Assembly: GCA_964016885.1 (NCBI GenBank)
Contig: OZ024742.1
Location: 375,720,001-375,784,000 of the forward strand
Source of the DNA: Eledone cirrhosa
Lineage: Eukaryota
Direction of reading: 5' to 3'
Length of the DNA: 64,000 bases
The notes below the pieces were generated by a model. The model did no database searches and was not told where the DNA came from. It saw only the letters and a program-made list of their open reading frames with translations. Positions 51,201 to 63,210 of this stretch are shown here, one piece after another. The position numbers were made by a program, and so were the translations under genes. Each line of letters starts with the position of its first letter. The first letter of the stretch is position 1.

Positions 51201-53640
51201 AGAGCAGGGAGGTATGGAAGGTCTCCTGTCTATCTAGACACTCAGGAGAGCAGGGAGATATGGAAGGTCTCCTGTCTATCTAGACACTCACTAGAGAGCA
51301 GGGAGGTATGGAAGGTCTCCTGTCTGTCTAGACACTCAGTAGAGAGCAGGGAGGTATGGAAGGTCTCCTGCCTATCTAGAAACTCACTAGAGAGCAGGGA
51401 GGTATGGAAGTTCTCCTGTCTATCTAGACACTCAGTAGAGAGCAGGAAGTTCTCCTGTCTATCTAGACACTCAGTAGAGAGCAGGGAGGTATGGAAGGTC
51501 TCCCGACTATCTACACACCCAGTAGAGAGTAGGGAGGTCTCCTGTCTTTCTAGACACTCACTAGATAGCAGGGAGGTATGGAAGGTCTCCTGTCTATCTA
51601 GACACTCAGAAGAGAGCAGAGAGGTATGGAAGGTCTCCTGTCTATCTAGACACTCAGGAAAGAGTAAGGAGATATGGAAGGTCTCCTGTCTATCTAGACA
51701 CTCAGGAGAGAGTAGGGAGATATGGAAGGTCTCCTGTCTATCTAGACACTCACTAGAGAGCAGGGAGATATGGAAGGTCTCCTGTCTATCTAGACACTCA
51801 GGAGAGAGTAGGGAGATATGCAAGGTCTCCTGTCTATCTAGACACTCACTAGAGAGCAGGGAGATATGGAAGGTCTCCTGTCTATCTAGACACTCAGTAG
51901 AGAGCAGGGAGGTATGGAAGGTATCCTGTCTATCCAGACACTCACTAGAGAGTAGGGAGGTATGGAAGGTCTCCTGTCTATCTAGACACTCAGAAGAGAG
52001 CAGAGAGGTATGGAAGGTCTCCTGTCTATCTAGACACTCAGGAGAGAGTAGGGAGATATGGAAGGTCTCCTGTCTATCTAGACACTCACTAGAGAGCAGG
52101 GAGATATGGAAGGTCTCCTGTCTATCTAGACACTCAGGAGAGAGTAGGGAGATATGCAAGGTCTCCTGTCTATCTAGACACTCACTAGAGAGCAGGGAGA
52201 TATGGAAGGTCTCCTGTCTATCTAGACACTCAGTAGAGAGCAGGGAGGTATGGAAGGTCTCCTGTCTATCCAGACACTCACTAGAGAGCAGGGAGGTATG
52301 GAAGGTCTCCTGTCTATCTAGACACTCAGTAGAGAGCAGGGAGGTACGGAAGATCTCCTGTCTATCTAGACACTCACTAGAGAGCAGGGAGGTATGGAAG
52401 GTCTCCTGTCTATCTAGACACTCAGTAGAGAGCAGGGAGGTACGGAATGTCTCCTGTCTATCTAGAGACTCACTAGAGAGCAGGGAGGTATGGAAGGTCT
52501 CCTGTCTATCTAGACACTCAGCAGAGAGCAGGGAGGTATGGAAGGTCTCCTGTCTACCTAGACACTCAGTAGAGAGCAGGGAGGTACGGAATGTCTCCTG
52601 TCTATCTAGAGACTCACTAGAGAGCAGGGAGGTATGGAAGGTCTCCTGTCTATCTAGACACTCATGAGAGCAGGGAGATATGGAAGGTCTCCTGTCTATC
52701 TAGACACTCAGGAGAGAGTAGGGAGATATGCAAGGTCTCCTGTCTATCTAGACACTCACTAGAGAGCAGGGAGATATGGAAGGTCTCCTGTCTATCTAGA
52801 CACTCAGTAGAGAGCAGGGAGGTATGGAAGGTTTCCTGTCTATCCAGACACTCACTAGAGAGCAGGGAGGTATGGAAGGTCTCCTGTCTATCTAGACACT
52901 CAGAAGAGAGCAGAGAGGTATGGAAGGTCTCCTGTCTATCTAGACACTCAGGAGAGAGTAGGGAGATATGGAAGGTCTCCTGTCTATCTAGACACTCACT
53001 AGAGAGCAGGGAGATATGGAAGGTCTCCTGTCTATCTAGACACTCAGGAGAGAGTAGGGAGATATGCAAGGTCTCCTGTCTATCTAGACACTCACTAGAG
53101 AGCAGGGAGATATGGAAGGTCTCCTGTCTATCTAGACACTCAGTAGAGAGCAGGGAGGTATGGAAGGTCTCCTGTCTATCCAGACACTCACTAGAGAGCA
53201 GGGAGGTATGGAAGGTCTCCTGTCTATCTAGACACTCAGTAGAGAGCAGGGAGGTACGGAAGATCTCCTGTCTATCTAGACACTCACTAGAGAGCAGGGA
53301 GGTATGGAAGGTCTCCTGTCTATCTAGACACTCAGTAGAGAGCAGGGAGGTATGGAATGTCTCCTGCCTATCTAGAAACTCACTAGAGAGCAGGGAGGTA
53401 TGGAAGGTCTCCTATCTATCTAGACACTCACTAGAGAGCAGGGAGATATGCAAGGTCTCCTGTCTATCTAGAGACTCACTAGAGAGCAGGGAGATATGGA
53501 AGGTCTCCTGTCTATCTAGACACTCAGTAGAGAGCAGGGAGATATGGAAGGTCTCCTGCCTATCTAGAAACTCACTAGAGAGCAGGGAGGTATGGAAGTT
53601 CTCCTGTCTATCTAGACACTCAGTAGAGAGCAGGAAGTTC
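39240..53640. repeat. Nested, overlapping segmental duplications with offsets of 4259, 3509-3511 and 2655 bp (boundaries approximate)
   Basis: ORF offsets: 39660/43919 and 39688/43947 = 4259; 43919/47430 = 3511; 45078/48587 and 46498/50007 = 3509; 48587/51242 and 50007/52662 = 2655. The shared 47-bp GGAAGTCTCC monomer occurs at ~39690, 43950 and 47460, and the GCAGTGAGG followed by GAAGAGAATAGGG pair at ~40060, 44320 and 47830. Confidence 0.88.
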
Positions 53641-56600
53641 TCCTGTCTATCTAGACACTCAGTAGAGAGCAGGGAGGTATGGAAGGTCTCCCGACTATCT
53701 ACACACCCAGTAGAGAGTAGGGAGGTCTCCTGTCTATCTAGACACTCACTAGATAGCAGGGAGGTATGGAAGGTCTCCTGTCTATCTAGACACTCAGAAG
53801 AGAGCAGAGAGGTATGGAAGGTCTCCTGTCTATCTAGACACTCAGGAGAGAGTAGGGAGATATGGAAGGTCTCCTGTCTATCTAGACACTCAGTAGAGAG
53901 CAGGGAGGTACGGAATGTCTCCTGTCTACCTAGACACTCAGTAGAGAGCAGGGAGGTACGGAATGTCTCCTGTCTACCTAGACACTCAGTAGAGAGCAGG
54001 GAGGTACGGAATGTCTCCTGTCTATCTAGAGACTCACTAGAGAGCAGGGAGGTATGGAAGGTCTCCTGTCTATCTAGACACTCAGTAGAGAGCAGGGAGG
54101 TACGGAAGATCTCCTGTCTATCTAGACACTCACTAGAGAGCAGGGAGGTATGGAAGGTCTCCTGTCTATCTAGACACTCAGTAGAGAGCAGGGAGGTATG
54201 GAATGTCTCCTGCCTATCTAGAAACTCACTAGAGAGCAGGGAGGTATGGAAGGTCTCCTATCTATCTAGACACTCACTAGAGAGCAGGGAGATATGCAAG
54301 GTCTCCTGTCTATCTAGACACTCACTAGAGAGCAGGGAGGTATGGAAGGTCTCCTGTCTATCTAGACACTCATTAGAGAGCAGGGACGTATGGAAGGTCT
54401 CCTGTCTATCTAGACACTCAGTAGAAAGGAGGGAGGTAAGGAAGGTCTCCTGTCTATCTAGAGACTCACTAGAGAGCAGGGAGGTATGGAAGGTCTCCTG
54501 TCTATCTAGACACTCAGGAGAGCAGGGAGATATGGAAGGTCTCCTGTCTATCTAGACACTCACTAGAGAGCAGGGAGGTATGGAAGGTCTCCTGTCTGTC
54601 TAGACACTCAGTAGAGAGCAGGGAGGTATGGAAGGTCTCCTGCCTATCTAGAAACTCACTAGAGAGCAGGGAGGTATGGAAGTTCTCCTGTCTATCAAGA
54701 CACTCAGTAGAGAGCAGGAAGTTCTCCTGTCTATCTAGACACTCAGTAGAGAGCAGGGAGGTATGGAAGGTCTCCCGACTATCTACACACCCAGTAGAGA
54801 GTAGGGAGGTCTCCTGTCTATCTAGACACTCACTAGATAGCAGGGAGGTATGGAAGGTCTCCTGTCTATCTAGACACTCAGAAGAGAGCAGAGAGGTATG
54901 GAAGGTCTCCTGTCTATCTAGACACTCAGGAAAGAGTAAGGAGATATGGAAGGTCTCCTGTCTATCTAGACACTCAGGAGAGAGTAGGGAGATATGGAAG
55001 GTCTCCTGTCTATCTAGACACTCACTAGAGAGCAGGGAGATATGGAAGGTCTCCTGTCTATCTAGACACTCAGGAGAGAGTAGGGAGATATGCAAGGTCT
55101 CCTGTCTATCTAGACACTCACTAGAGAGCAGGGAGATATGGAAGGTCTCCTGTCTATCTAGACACTCAGTAGAGAGCAGGGAGGTATGGAAGGTTTCCTG
55201 TCTATCCAGACACTCACTAGAGAGCAGGGAGGTATGGAAGGTCTCCTGTCTATCTAGACACTCAGAAGAGAGCAGAGAGGTATGGAAGGTCTCCTGTCTA
55301 TCTAGACACTCAGGAGAGAGTAGGGAGATATGGAAGGTCACCTGTCTATCTAGAGACTCACTAGAGAGCAGGGAGGTATGGAAGGTCTCCTGTCTATCTA
55401 GACACTCAGCAGAGAGCAGGGAGGTATGGAAGGTCTCCTGTCTACCTAGACACTCAGTAGAGAGCAGGGAGGTACGGAATGTCTCCTGTCTATCTAGAGA
55501 CTCACTAGAGAGCAGGGAGGTATGGAAGGTCTCCTGTCTATCTAGACACTCATGAGAGCAGGGAGATATGGAAGGTCTCCTGTCTATCTAGACACTCAGG
55601 AGAGAGTAGGGAGATATGCAAGGTCTCCTGTCTATCTAGACACTCACTAGAGAGCAGGGAGGTATGGAAGGTCTCCTGTCTATCTAGACACTCAGAAGAG
55701 AGCAGAGAGGTATGGAAGGTCTCCTGTCTATCTAGACACTCAGGAGAGAGTAGGCAGATATGGAAGGTCTCCTGTCTATCTAGACACTCACTAGAGAGCA
55801 GGGAGATATGGAAGGTCTCCTGTCTATCTAGACACTCAGGAGAGAGTAGGGAGATATGCAAGGTCTCCTGTCTATCTAGACACTCACTAGAGAGCAGGGA
55901 GATATGGAAGGTCTCCTGTCTATCTAGACACTCAGTAGAGAGCAGGGAGGTATGGAAGGTCTCCTGTCTATCCAGACACTCACTAGAGAGCAGGGAGGTA
56001 TGGAAGGTCTCCTGTCTATCTAGACACTCAGTAGAGAGCAGGGAGGTACGGAAGATCTCCTGTCTATCTAGACACTCACTAGAGAGCAGGGAGGTATGGA
56101 AGGTCTCCTGTCTATCTAGACACTCAGTAGAGAGCAGGGAGGTATGGAATGTCTCCTGCCTATCTAGAAACTCACTAGAGAGCAGTGAGGTATGGAAGGT
56201 CTCCTATCTATCTAGACACTCACTAGAGAGCAGGGAGATATGCAAGGTCTCCTGTCTATCTAGAGACTCACTAGAGAGCAGGGAGATATGGAAGGTCTCC
56301 TGTCTATCTAGACACTCAGTAGAGAGCAGGGAGGTATGGAAGGTCTCCTGTCTATCCAGACACTCACTAGAGAGCAGGGAGGTATGGAAGGTCTCCTGTC
56401 TATCTAGACACTCAGTAGAGAGCAGGGAGGTACGGAAGATCTCCTGTCTATCTAGACACTCACTAGAGAGCAGGGAGGTATGGAAGGTCTCCTGTCTATC
56501 TAGACACTCAGTAGAGAGCAGGGAGGTATGGAATGTCTCCTGCCTATCTAGAAACTCACTAGAGAGCAGGGAGGTATGGAAGGTCTCCTATCTATCTAGA

Positions 56601-59600
56601 CACTCACTAGAGAGCAGGGAGATATGCAAGGTCTCCTGTCTATCTAGACACTCACTAGAGAGCAGGGAGGTATGGAAGGTCTCCTGTCTATCTAGACACT
56701 CATTAGAGAGCAGGGACGTATGGAAGGTCTCCTGTCTATCTAGACACTCAGTAGAAAGGAGGGAGGTACGGAAGGTCTCCTGTCTATCTAGAGACTCACT
56801 AGAGAGCAGGGAGGTATGGAAGGTCTCCTGTCTATCTAGACACTCAGGAGAGAGCAGAGAGGTATGGAAGGTCTCCTGTCTATCTAGACACTCAGGAGAG
56901 AGTAGGGAGATATGGAAGGTCTCCTGTCTATCTAGACACTCACTAGAGAGCAGGGAGATATGGAAGGTCTCCTGTCTATCTAGACACTCAGGAGAGAGTA
57001 GGGAGATATGCAAGGTCTCCTGTCTATCTAGACACTCACTAGAGAGCAGGGAGATATGGAAGGTCTCCTGTCTATCTAGACACTCAGTAGAGAGCAGGGA
57101 GGTATGGAAGGTCTCCTGTCTATCCAGACACTCACTAGAGAGCAGGGAGGTATGGAAGGTCTCCTGTCTATCTAGACACTCAGTAGAGAGCAGGGAGGTA
57201 CGGAAGATCTCCTGTCTATCTAGACACTCACTAGAGAGCAGGGAGGTATGGAAGGTCTCCTGTCTATCTAGACACTCAGTAGAGAGCAGGGAGGTATGGA
57301 ATGTCTCCTGCCTATCTAGAAACTCACTAGAGAGCAGGGAGGTATGGAAGGTCTCCTATCTATCTAGACATTCACTAGAGAGCAGGGAGATATGCAAGGT
57401 CTCCTGTCTATCTAGAGACTCACTAGAGAGCAGGGAGATATGGAAGGTCTCCTGTCTATCTAGACACTCAGTAGAGAGCAGGGAGATATGGAAGGTCTCC
57501 TGCCTATCTAGAAACTCACTAGAGAGCAGGGAGGTATGGAAGTTCTCCTGTCTATCTAGACACTCAGTAGAGAGCAGGAAGTTCTCCTGTCTATCTAGAC
57601 ACTCACTAGAGAGCAGGGAGATATGCAAGGTCTCCTGTCTATCTAGACACTCACTAGAGAGCAGGGAGGTATGGAAGGTCTCCTGTCTATCTAGACACTC
57701 ATTAGAGAGCAGGGACGTATGGAAGGTCTCCTGTCGATCTAGACACTCAGTAGAAAGGAGGGAGGTACGGAAGGTCTCCTGTCTATCTAGAGACTCACTA
57801 GAGCAGGGAGGTATGGAAGGTCTCCTGTCTATCTAGACACTCAGGAGAGCAGGGAGATATGGAAGGTCTCCTGTCTATCTAGACACTCACTAGAGAGCAG
57901 GGAGGTATGGAAGGTCTCCTGTCTGTCTAGACACTCAGTAGAGAGCAGGGAGGTATGGAAGGTCTCCTGCCTATCTAGAAACTCACTAGAGAGCAGGGAG
58001 GTATGGAAGTTCTCCTGTCTATCTAGACACTCAGTAGAGAGCAGGAAGTTCTCCTGTCTATCTAGACACTCAGTAGAGAGCAGGGAGGTATGGAAGGTCT
58101 CCCGACTATCTACACACCCAGTAGAGAGTAGGGAGGTCTCCTGTCTATCTAGACACTCACTAGATAGCAGGGAGGTATGGAAGGTCTCCTGTCTATCTAG
58201 ACACTCAGAAGAGAGCAGAGAGGTATGGAAGGTCTCCTGTCTATCTAGACACTCAGGAAAGAGTAAGGAGATATGGAAGGTCTCCTGTCTATCTAGACAC
58301 TCAGGAGAGAGTAGGGAGATATGGAAGGTCTCCTGTCTATCTAGACACTCACTAGAGAGCAGGGAGATATGGAAGGTCTCCTGTCTATCTAGACAGTCAG
58401 GAGAGAGTAGGGAGATATGCAAGGTCTCCTGTCTATCTAGACACTCACTAGAGAGCAGGGAGATATGGAAGGTCTCCTGTCTATCTAGACACTCAGTAGA
58501 GAGCAGGGAGGTATGGAAGGTATCCTGTCTATCCAGACACTCACTAGAGAGTAGGGAGGTATGGAAGGTCTCCTGTCTATCTAGACACTCAGAAGAGAGC
58601 AGAGAGGTATGGAAGGTCTCCTGTCTATCTAGACACTCAGGAGAGAGTAGGGAGATATGGAAGGTCTCCTGTCTATCTAGACACTCACTAGAGAGCAGGG
58701 AGATATGGAAGGTCTCCTGTCTATCTAGACACTCAGGAGAGAGTAGGGAGATATGCAAGGTCTCCTGTCTATCTAGACACTCACTAGAGAGCAGGGAGAT
58801 ATGGAAGGTCTCCTGTCTATCTAGACACTCAGTAGAGAGCAGGGAGGTATGGAAGGTCTCCTGTCTATCCAGACACTCACTAGAGAGCAGGGAGGTATGG
58901 AAGGTCTCCTGTCTATCTAGACACTCAGTAGAGAGCAGGGAGGTACGGAAGATCTCCTGTCTATCTAGACACTCACTAGAGAGCAGGGAGGTATGGAAGG
59001 TCTCCTGTCTATCTAGACACTCAGTAGAGAGCAGGGAGGTACGGAATGTCTCCTGTCTATCTAGAGACTCACTAGAGAGCAGGGAGGTATGGAAGGTCTC
59101 CTGTCTATCTAGACACTCAGCAGAGAGCAGGGAGGTATGGAAGGTCTCCTGTCTACCTAGACACTCAGTAGAGAGCAGGGAGGTACGGAATGTCTCCTGT
59201 CTATCTAGAGACTCACTAGAGAGCAGGGAGGTATGGAAGGTCTCCTGTCTATCTAGACACTCATGAGAGCAGGGAGATATGGAAGGTCTCCTGTCTATCT
59301 AGACACTCAGGAGAGAGTAGGGAGATATGCAAGGTCTCCTGTCTATCTAGACACTCACTAGAGAGCAGGGAGATATGGAAGGTCTCCTGTCTATCTAGAC
59401 ACTCAGTAGAGAGCAGGGAGGTATGGAAGGTTTCCTGTCTATCCAGACACTCACTAGAGAGCAGGGAGGTATGGAAGGTCTCCTGTCTATCTAGACACTC
59501 AGAAGAGAGCAGAGAGGTATGGAAGGTCTCCTGTCTATCTAGACACTCAGGAGAGAGTAGGGAGATATGGAAGGTCTCCTGTCTATCTAGACACTCACTA

Positions 59601-62600
59601 GAGAGCAGGGAGATATGGAAGGTCTCCTGTCTATCTAGACACTCAGGAGAGAGTAGGGAGATATGCAAGGTCTCCTGTCTATCTAGACACTCACTAGAGA
59701 GCAGGGAGATATGGAAGGTCTCCTGTCTATCTAGACACTCAGTAGAGAGCAGGGAGGTATGGAAGGTCTCCTATCTATCTAGACACTCACTAGAGAGCAG
59801 GGAGATATGCAAGGTCTCCTGTCTATCTAGAGACTCACTAGAGAGCAGGGAGATATGGAAGGTCTCCTGTCTATCTAGACACTCAGTAGAGAGCAGGGAG
59901 ATATGGAAGGTCTCCTGCCTATCTAGAAACTCACTAGAGAGCAGGGAGGTATGGAAGTTCTCCTGTCTATCTAGACACTCAGTAGAGAGCAGGAAGTTCT
60001 CCTGTCTATCTAGACACTCAGTAGAGAGCAGGGAGGTATGGAAGGTCTCCCGACTATCTACACACCCAGTAGAGAGTAGGGAGGTCTCCTGTCTATCTAG
60101 ACACTCACTAGATAGCAGGGAGGTATGGAAGGTCTCCTGTCTATCTAGACACTCAGAAGAGAGCAGAGAGGTATGGAAGGTCTCCTGTCTATCTAGACAC
60201 TCAGGAGAGAGTAGGGAGATATGGAAGGTCTCCTGTCTATCTAGACACTCAGTAGAGAGCAGGGAGGTACGGAATGTCTCCTGTCTACCTAGACACTCAG
60301 TAGAGAGCAGGGAGGTACGGAATGTCTCCTGTCTACCTAGACACTCAGTAGAGAGCAGGGAGGTACGGAATGTCTCCTGTCTATCTAGAGACTCACTAGA
60401 GAGCAGGGAGGTATGGAAGGTCTCCTGTCTATCTAGACACTCAGTAGAGAGCAGGGAGGTACGGAAGATCTCCTGTCTATCTAGACACTCACTAGAGAGC
60501 AGGGAGGTATGGAAGGTCTCCTGTCTATCTAGACACTCAGTAGAGAGCAGGGAGGTATGGAATGTCTCCTGCCTATCTAGAAACTCACTAGAGAGCAGGG
60601 AGGTATGGAAGGTCTCCTATCTATCTAGACACTCATTAGAGAGCAGGGACGTATGGAAGGTCTCCTGTCTATCTAGACACTCAGTAGAAAGGAGGGAGGT
60701 AAGGAAGGTCTCCTGTCTATCTAGAGACTCACTAGAGAGCAGGGAGGTATGGAAGGTCTCCTGTCTATCTAGACACTCAGGAGAGCAGGGAGATATGGAA
60801 GGTCTCCTGTCTATCTAGACACTCACTAGAGAGCAGGGAGGTATGGAAGGTCTCCTGTCTGTCTAGACACTCAGTAGAGAGCAGGGAGGTATGGAAGGTC
60901 TCCTGCCTATCTAGAAACTCACTAGAGAGCAGGGAGGTATGGAAGTTCTCCTGTCTATCAAGACACTCAGTAGAGAGCAGGAAGTTCTCCTGTCTATCTA
61001 GACACTCAGTAGAGAGCAGGGAGGTATGGAAGGTCTCCCGACTATCTACACACCCAGTAGAGAGTAGGGAGGTCTCCTGTCTATCTAGACACTCACTAGA
61101 TAGCAGGGAGGTATGGAAGGTCTCCTGTCTATCTAGACACTCAGAAGAGAGCAGAGAGGTATGGAAGGTCTCCTGTCTATCTAGACACTCAGGAAAGAGT
61201 AAGGAGATATGGAAGGTCTCCTGTCTATCTAGACACTCAGGAGAGAGTAGGGAGATATGGAAGGTCTCCTGTCTATCTAGACACTCACTAGAGAGCAGGG
61301 AGATATGGAAGGTCTCCTGTCTATCTAGACACTCAGGAGAGAGTAGGGAGATATGCAAGGTCTCCTGTCTATCTTGACACTCACTAGAGAGCAGGGAGAT
61401 ATGGAAGGTCTCCTGTCTATCTAGACACTCAGTAGAGAGCAGGGAGGTATGGAAGGTTTCCTGTCTATCCAGACACTCACTAGAGAGCAGGGAGGTATGG
61501 AAGGTCTCCTGTCTATCTAGACACTCAGAAGAGAGCAGAGAGGTATGGAAGGTCTCCTGTCTATCTAGACACTCAGGAGAGAGTAGGGAGATATGGAAGG
61601 TCACCTGTCTATCTAGAGACTCACTAGAGAGCAGGGAGGTATGGAAGGTCTCCTGTCTATCTAGACACTCAGCAGAGAGCAGGGAGGTATGGAAGGTCTC
61701 CTGTCTACCTAGACACTCAGTAGAGAGCAGGGAGGTACGGAATGTCTCCTGTCTATCTAGAGACTCACTAGAGAGCAGGGAGGTATGGAAGGTCTCCTGT
61801 CTATCTAGACACTCATGAGAGCAGGGAGATATGGAAGGTCTCCTGTCTATCTAGACACTCAGGAGAGAGTAGGGAGATATGCAAGGTCTCCTGTCTATCT
61901 AGACACTCACTAGAGAGCAGGGAGATATGGAAGGTCTCCTGTCTATCTAGACACTCAGTAGAGAGCAGGGAGGTATGGAAGGTTTCCTGTCTATCCAGAC
62001 ACTCACTAGAGAGCAGGGAGGTATGGAAGGTCTCCTGTCTATCTAGACACTCAGAAGAGAGCAGAGAGGTATGGAAGGTCTCCTGTCTATCTAGACACTC
62101 AGGAGAGAGTAGGCAGATATGGAAGGTCTCCTGTCTATCTAGACACTCACTAGAGAGCAGGGAGATATGGAAGGTCTCCTGTCTATCTAGACACTCAGGA
62201 GAGAGTAGGGAGATATGCAAGGTCTCCTGTCTATCTAGACACTCACTAGAGAGCAGGGAGATATGGAAGGTCTCCTGTCTATCTAGACACTCAGTAGAGA
62301 GCAGGGAGGTATGGAAGGTCTCCTGTCTATCCAGACACTCACTAGAGAGCAGGGAGGTATGGAAGGTCTCCTGTCTATCTAGACACTCAGTAGAGAGCAG
62401 GGAGGTACGGAAGATCTCCTGTCTATCTAGACACTCACTAGAGAGCAGGGAGGTATGGAAGGTCTCCTGTCTATCTAGACACTCAGTAGAGAGCAGGGAG
62501 GTATGGAATGTCTCCTGCCTATCTAGAAACTCACTAGAGAGCAGTGAGGTATGGAAGGTCTCCTATCTATCTAGACACTCACTAGAGAGCAGGGAGATAT

Positions 62601-63210
62601 GCAAGGTCTCCTGTCTATCTAGAGACTCACTAGAGAGCAGGGAGATATGGAAGGTCTCCTGTCTATCTAGACACTCAGTAGAGAGCAGGGAGGTATGGAA
62701 GGTCTCCTGTCTATCCAGACACTCACTAGAGAGCAGGGAGGTATGGAAGGTCTCCTGTCTATCTAGACACTCAGTAGAGAGCAGGGAGGTACGGAAGATC
62801 TCCTGTCTATCTAGACACTCACTAGAGAGCAGGGAGGTATGGAAGGTCTCCTGTCTATCTAGACACTCAGTAGAGAGCAGGGAGGTATGGAATGTCTCCT
62901 GCCTATCTAGAAACTCACTAGAGAGCAGGGAGGTATGGAAGGTCTCCTATCTATCTAGACACTCACTAGAGAGCAGGGAGATATGCAAGGTCTCCTGTCT
63001 ATCTAGACACTCACTAGAGAGCAGGGAGGTATGGAAGGTCTCCTGTCTATCTAGACACTCATTAGAGAGCAGGGACGTATGGAAGGTCTCCTGTCTATCT
63101 AGACACTCAGTAGAAAGGAGGGAGGTACGGAAGGTCTCCTGTCTATCTAGAGACTCACTAGAGAGCAGGGAGGTATGGAAGGTCTCCTGTCTATCTAGAC
63201 ACTCAGGAGA
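50270..63210. repeat. Tandem duplication of a ~6.3-6.6 kb unit whose copies differ by whole-monomer indels (boundaries approximate)
   Basis: ORF offsets are 6599 (50757/57356, 51242/57841, 52662/59261) and 6263 (54514/60777, 55550/61813); the difference is 336 = 7x48. Shared rare variants: GGTAAGGAAGG ~54435/60698, TATCAAGAC ~54693/60956, GGTCACCTG ~55336/61599, TAGGCAGATA ~55751/62110. Confidence 0.9.

Noticed and set aside
271-62220. All ORFs in the six-frame track as protein-coding genes
   Set aside because: They are translations of the 48-bp repeat in two frames that happen to lack stops. They have no unique N- or C-termini, their starts and stops come from sporadic variants, both strands are equally open, and frameshifting 46/47/49-bp monomers recur throughout.
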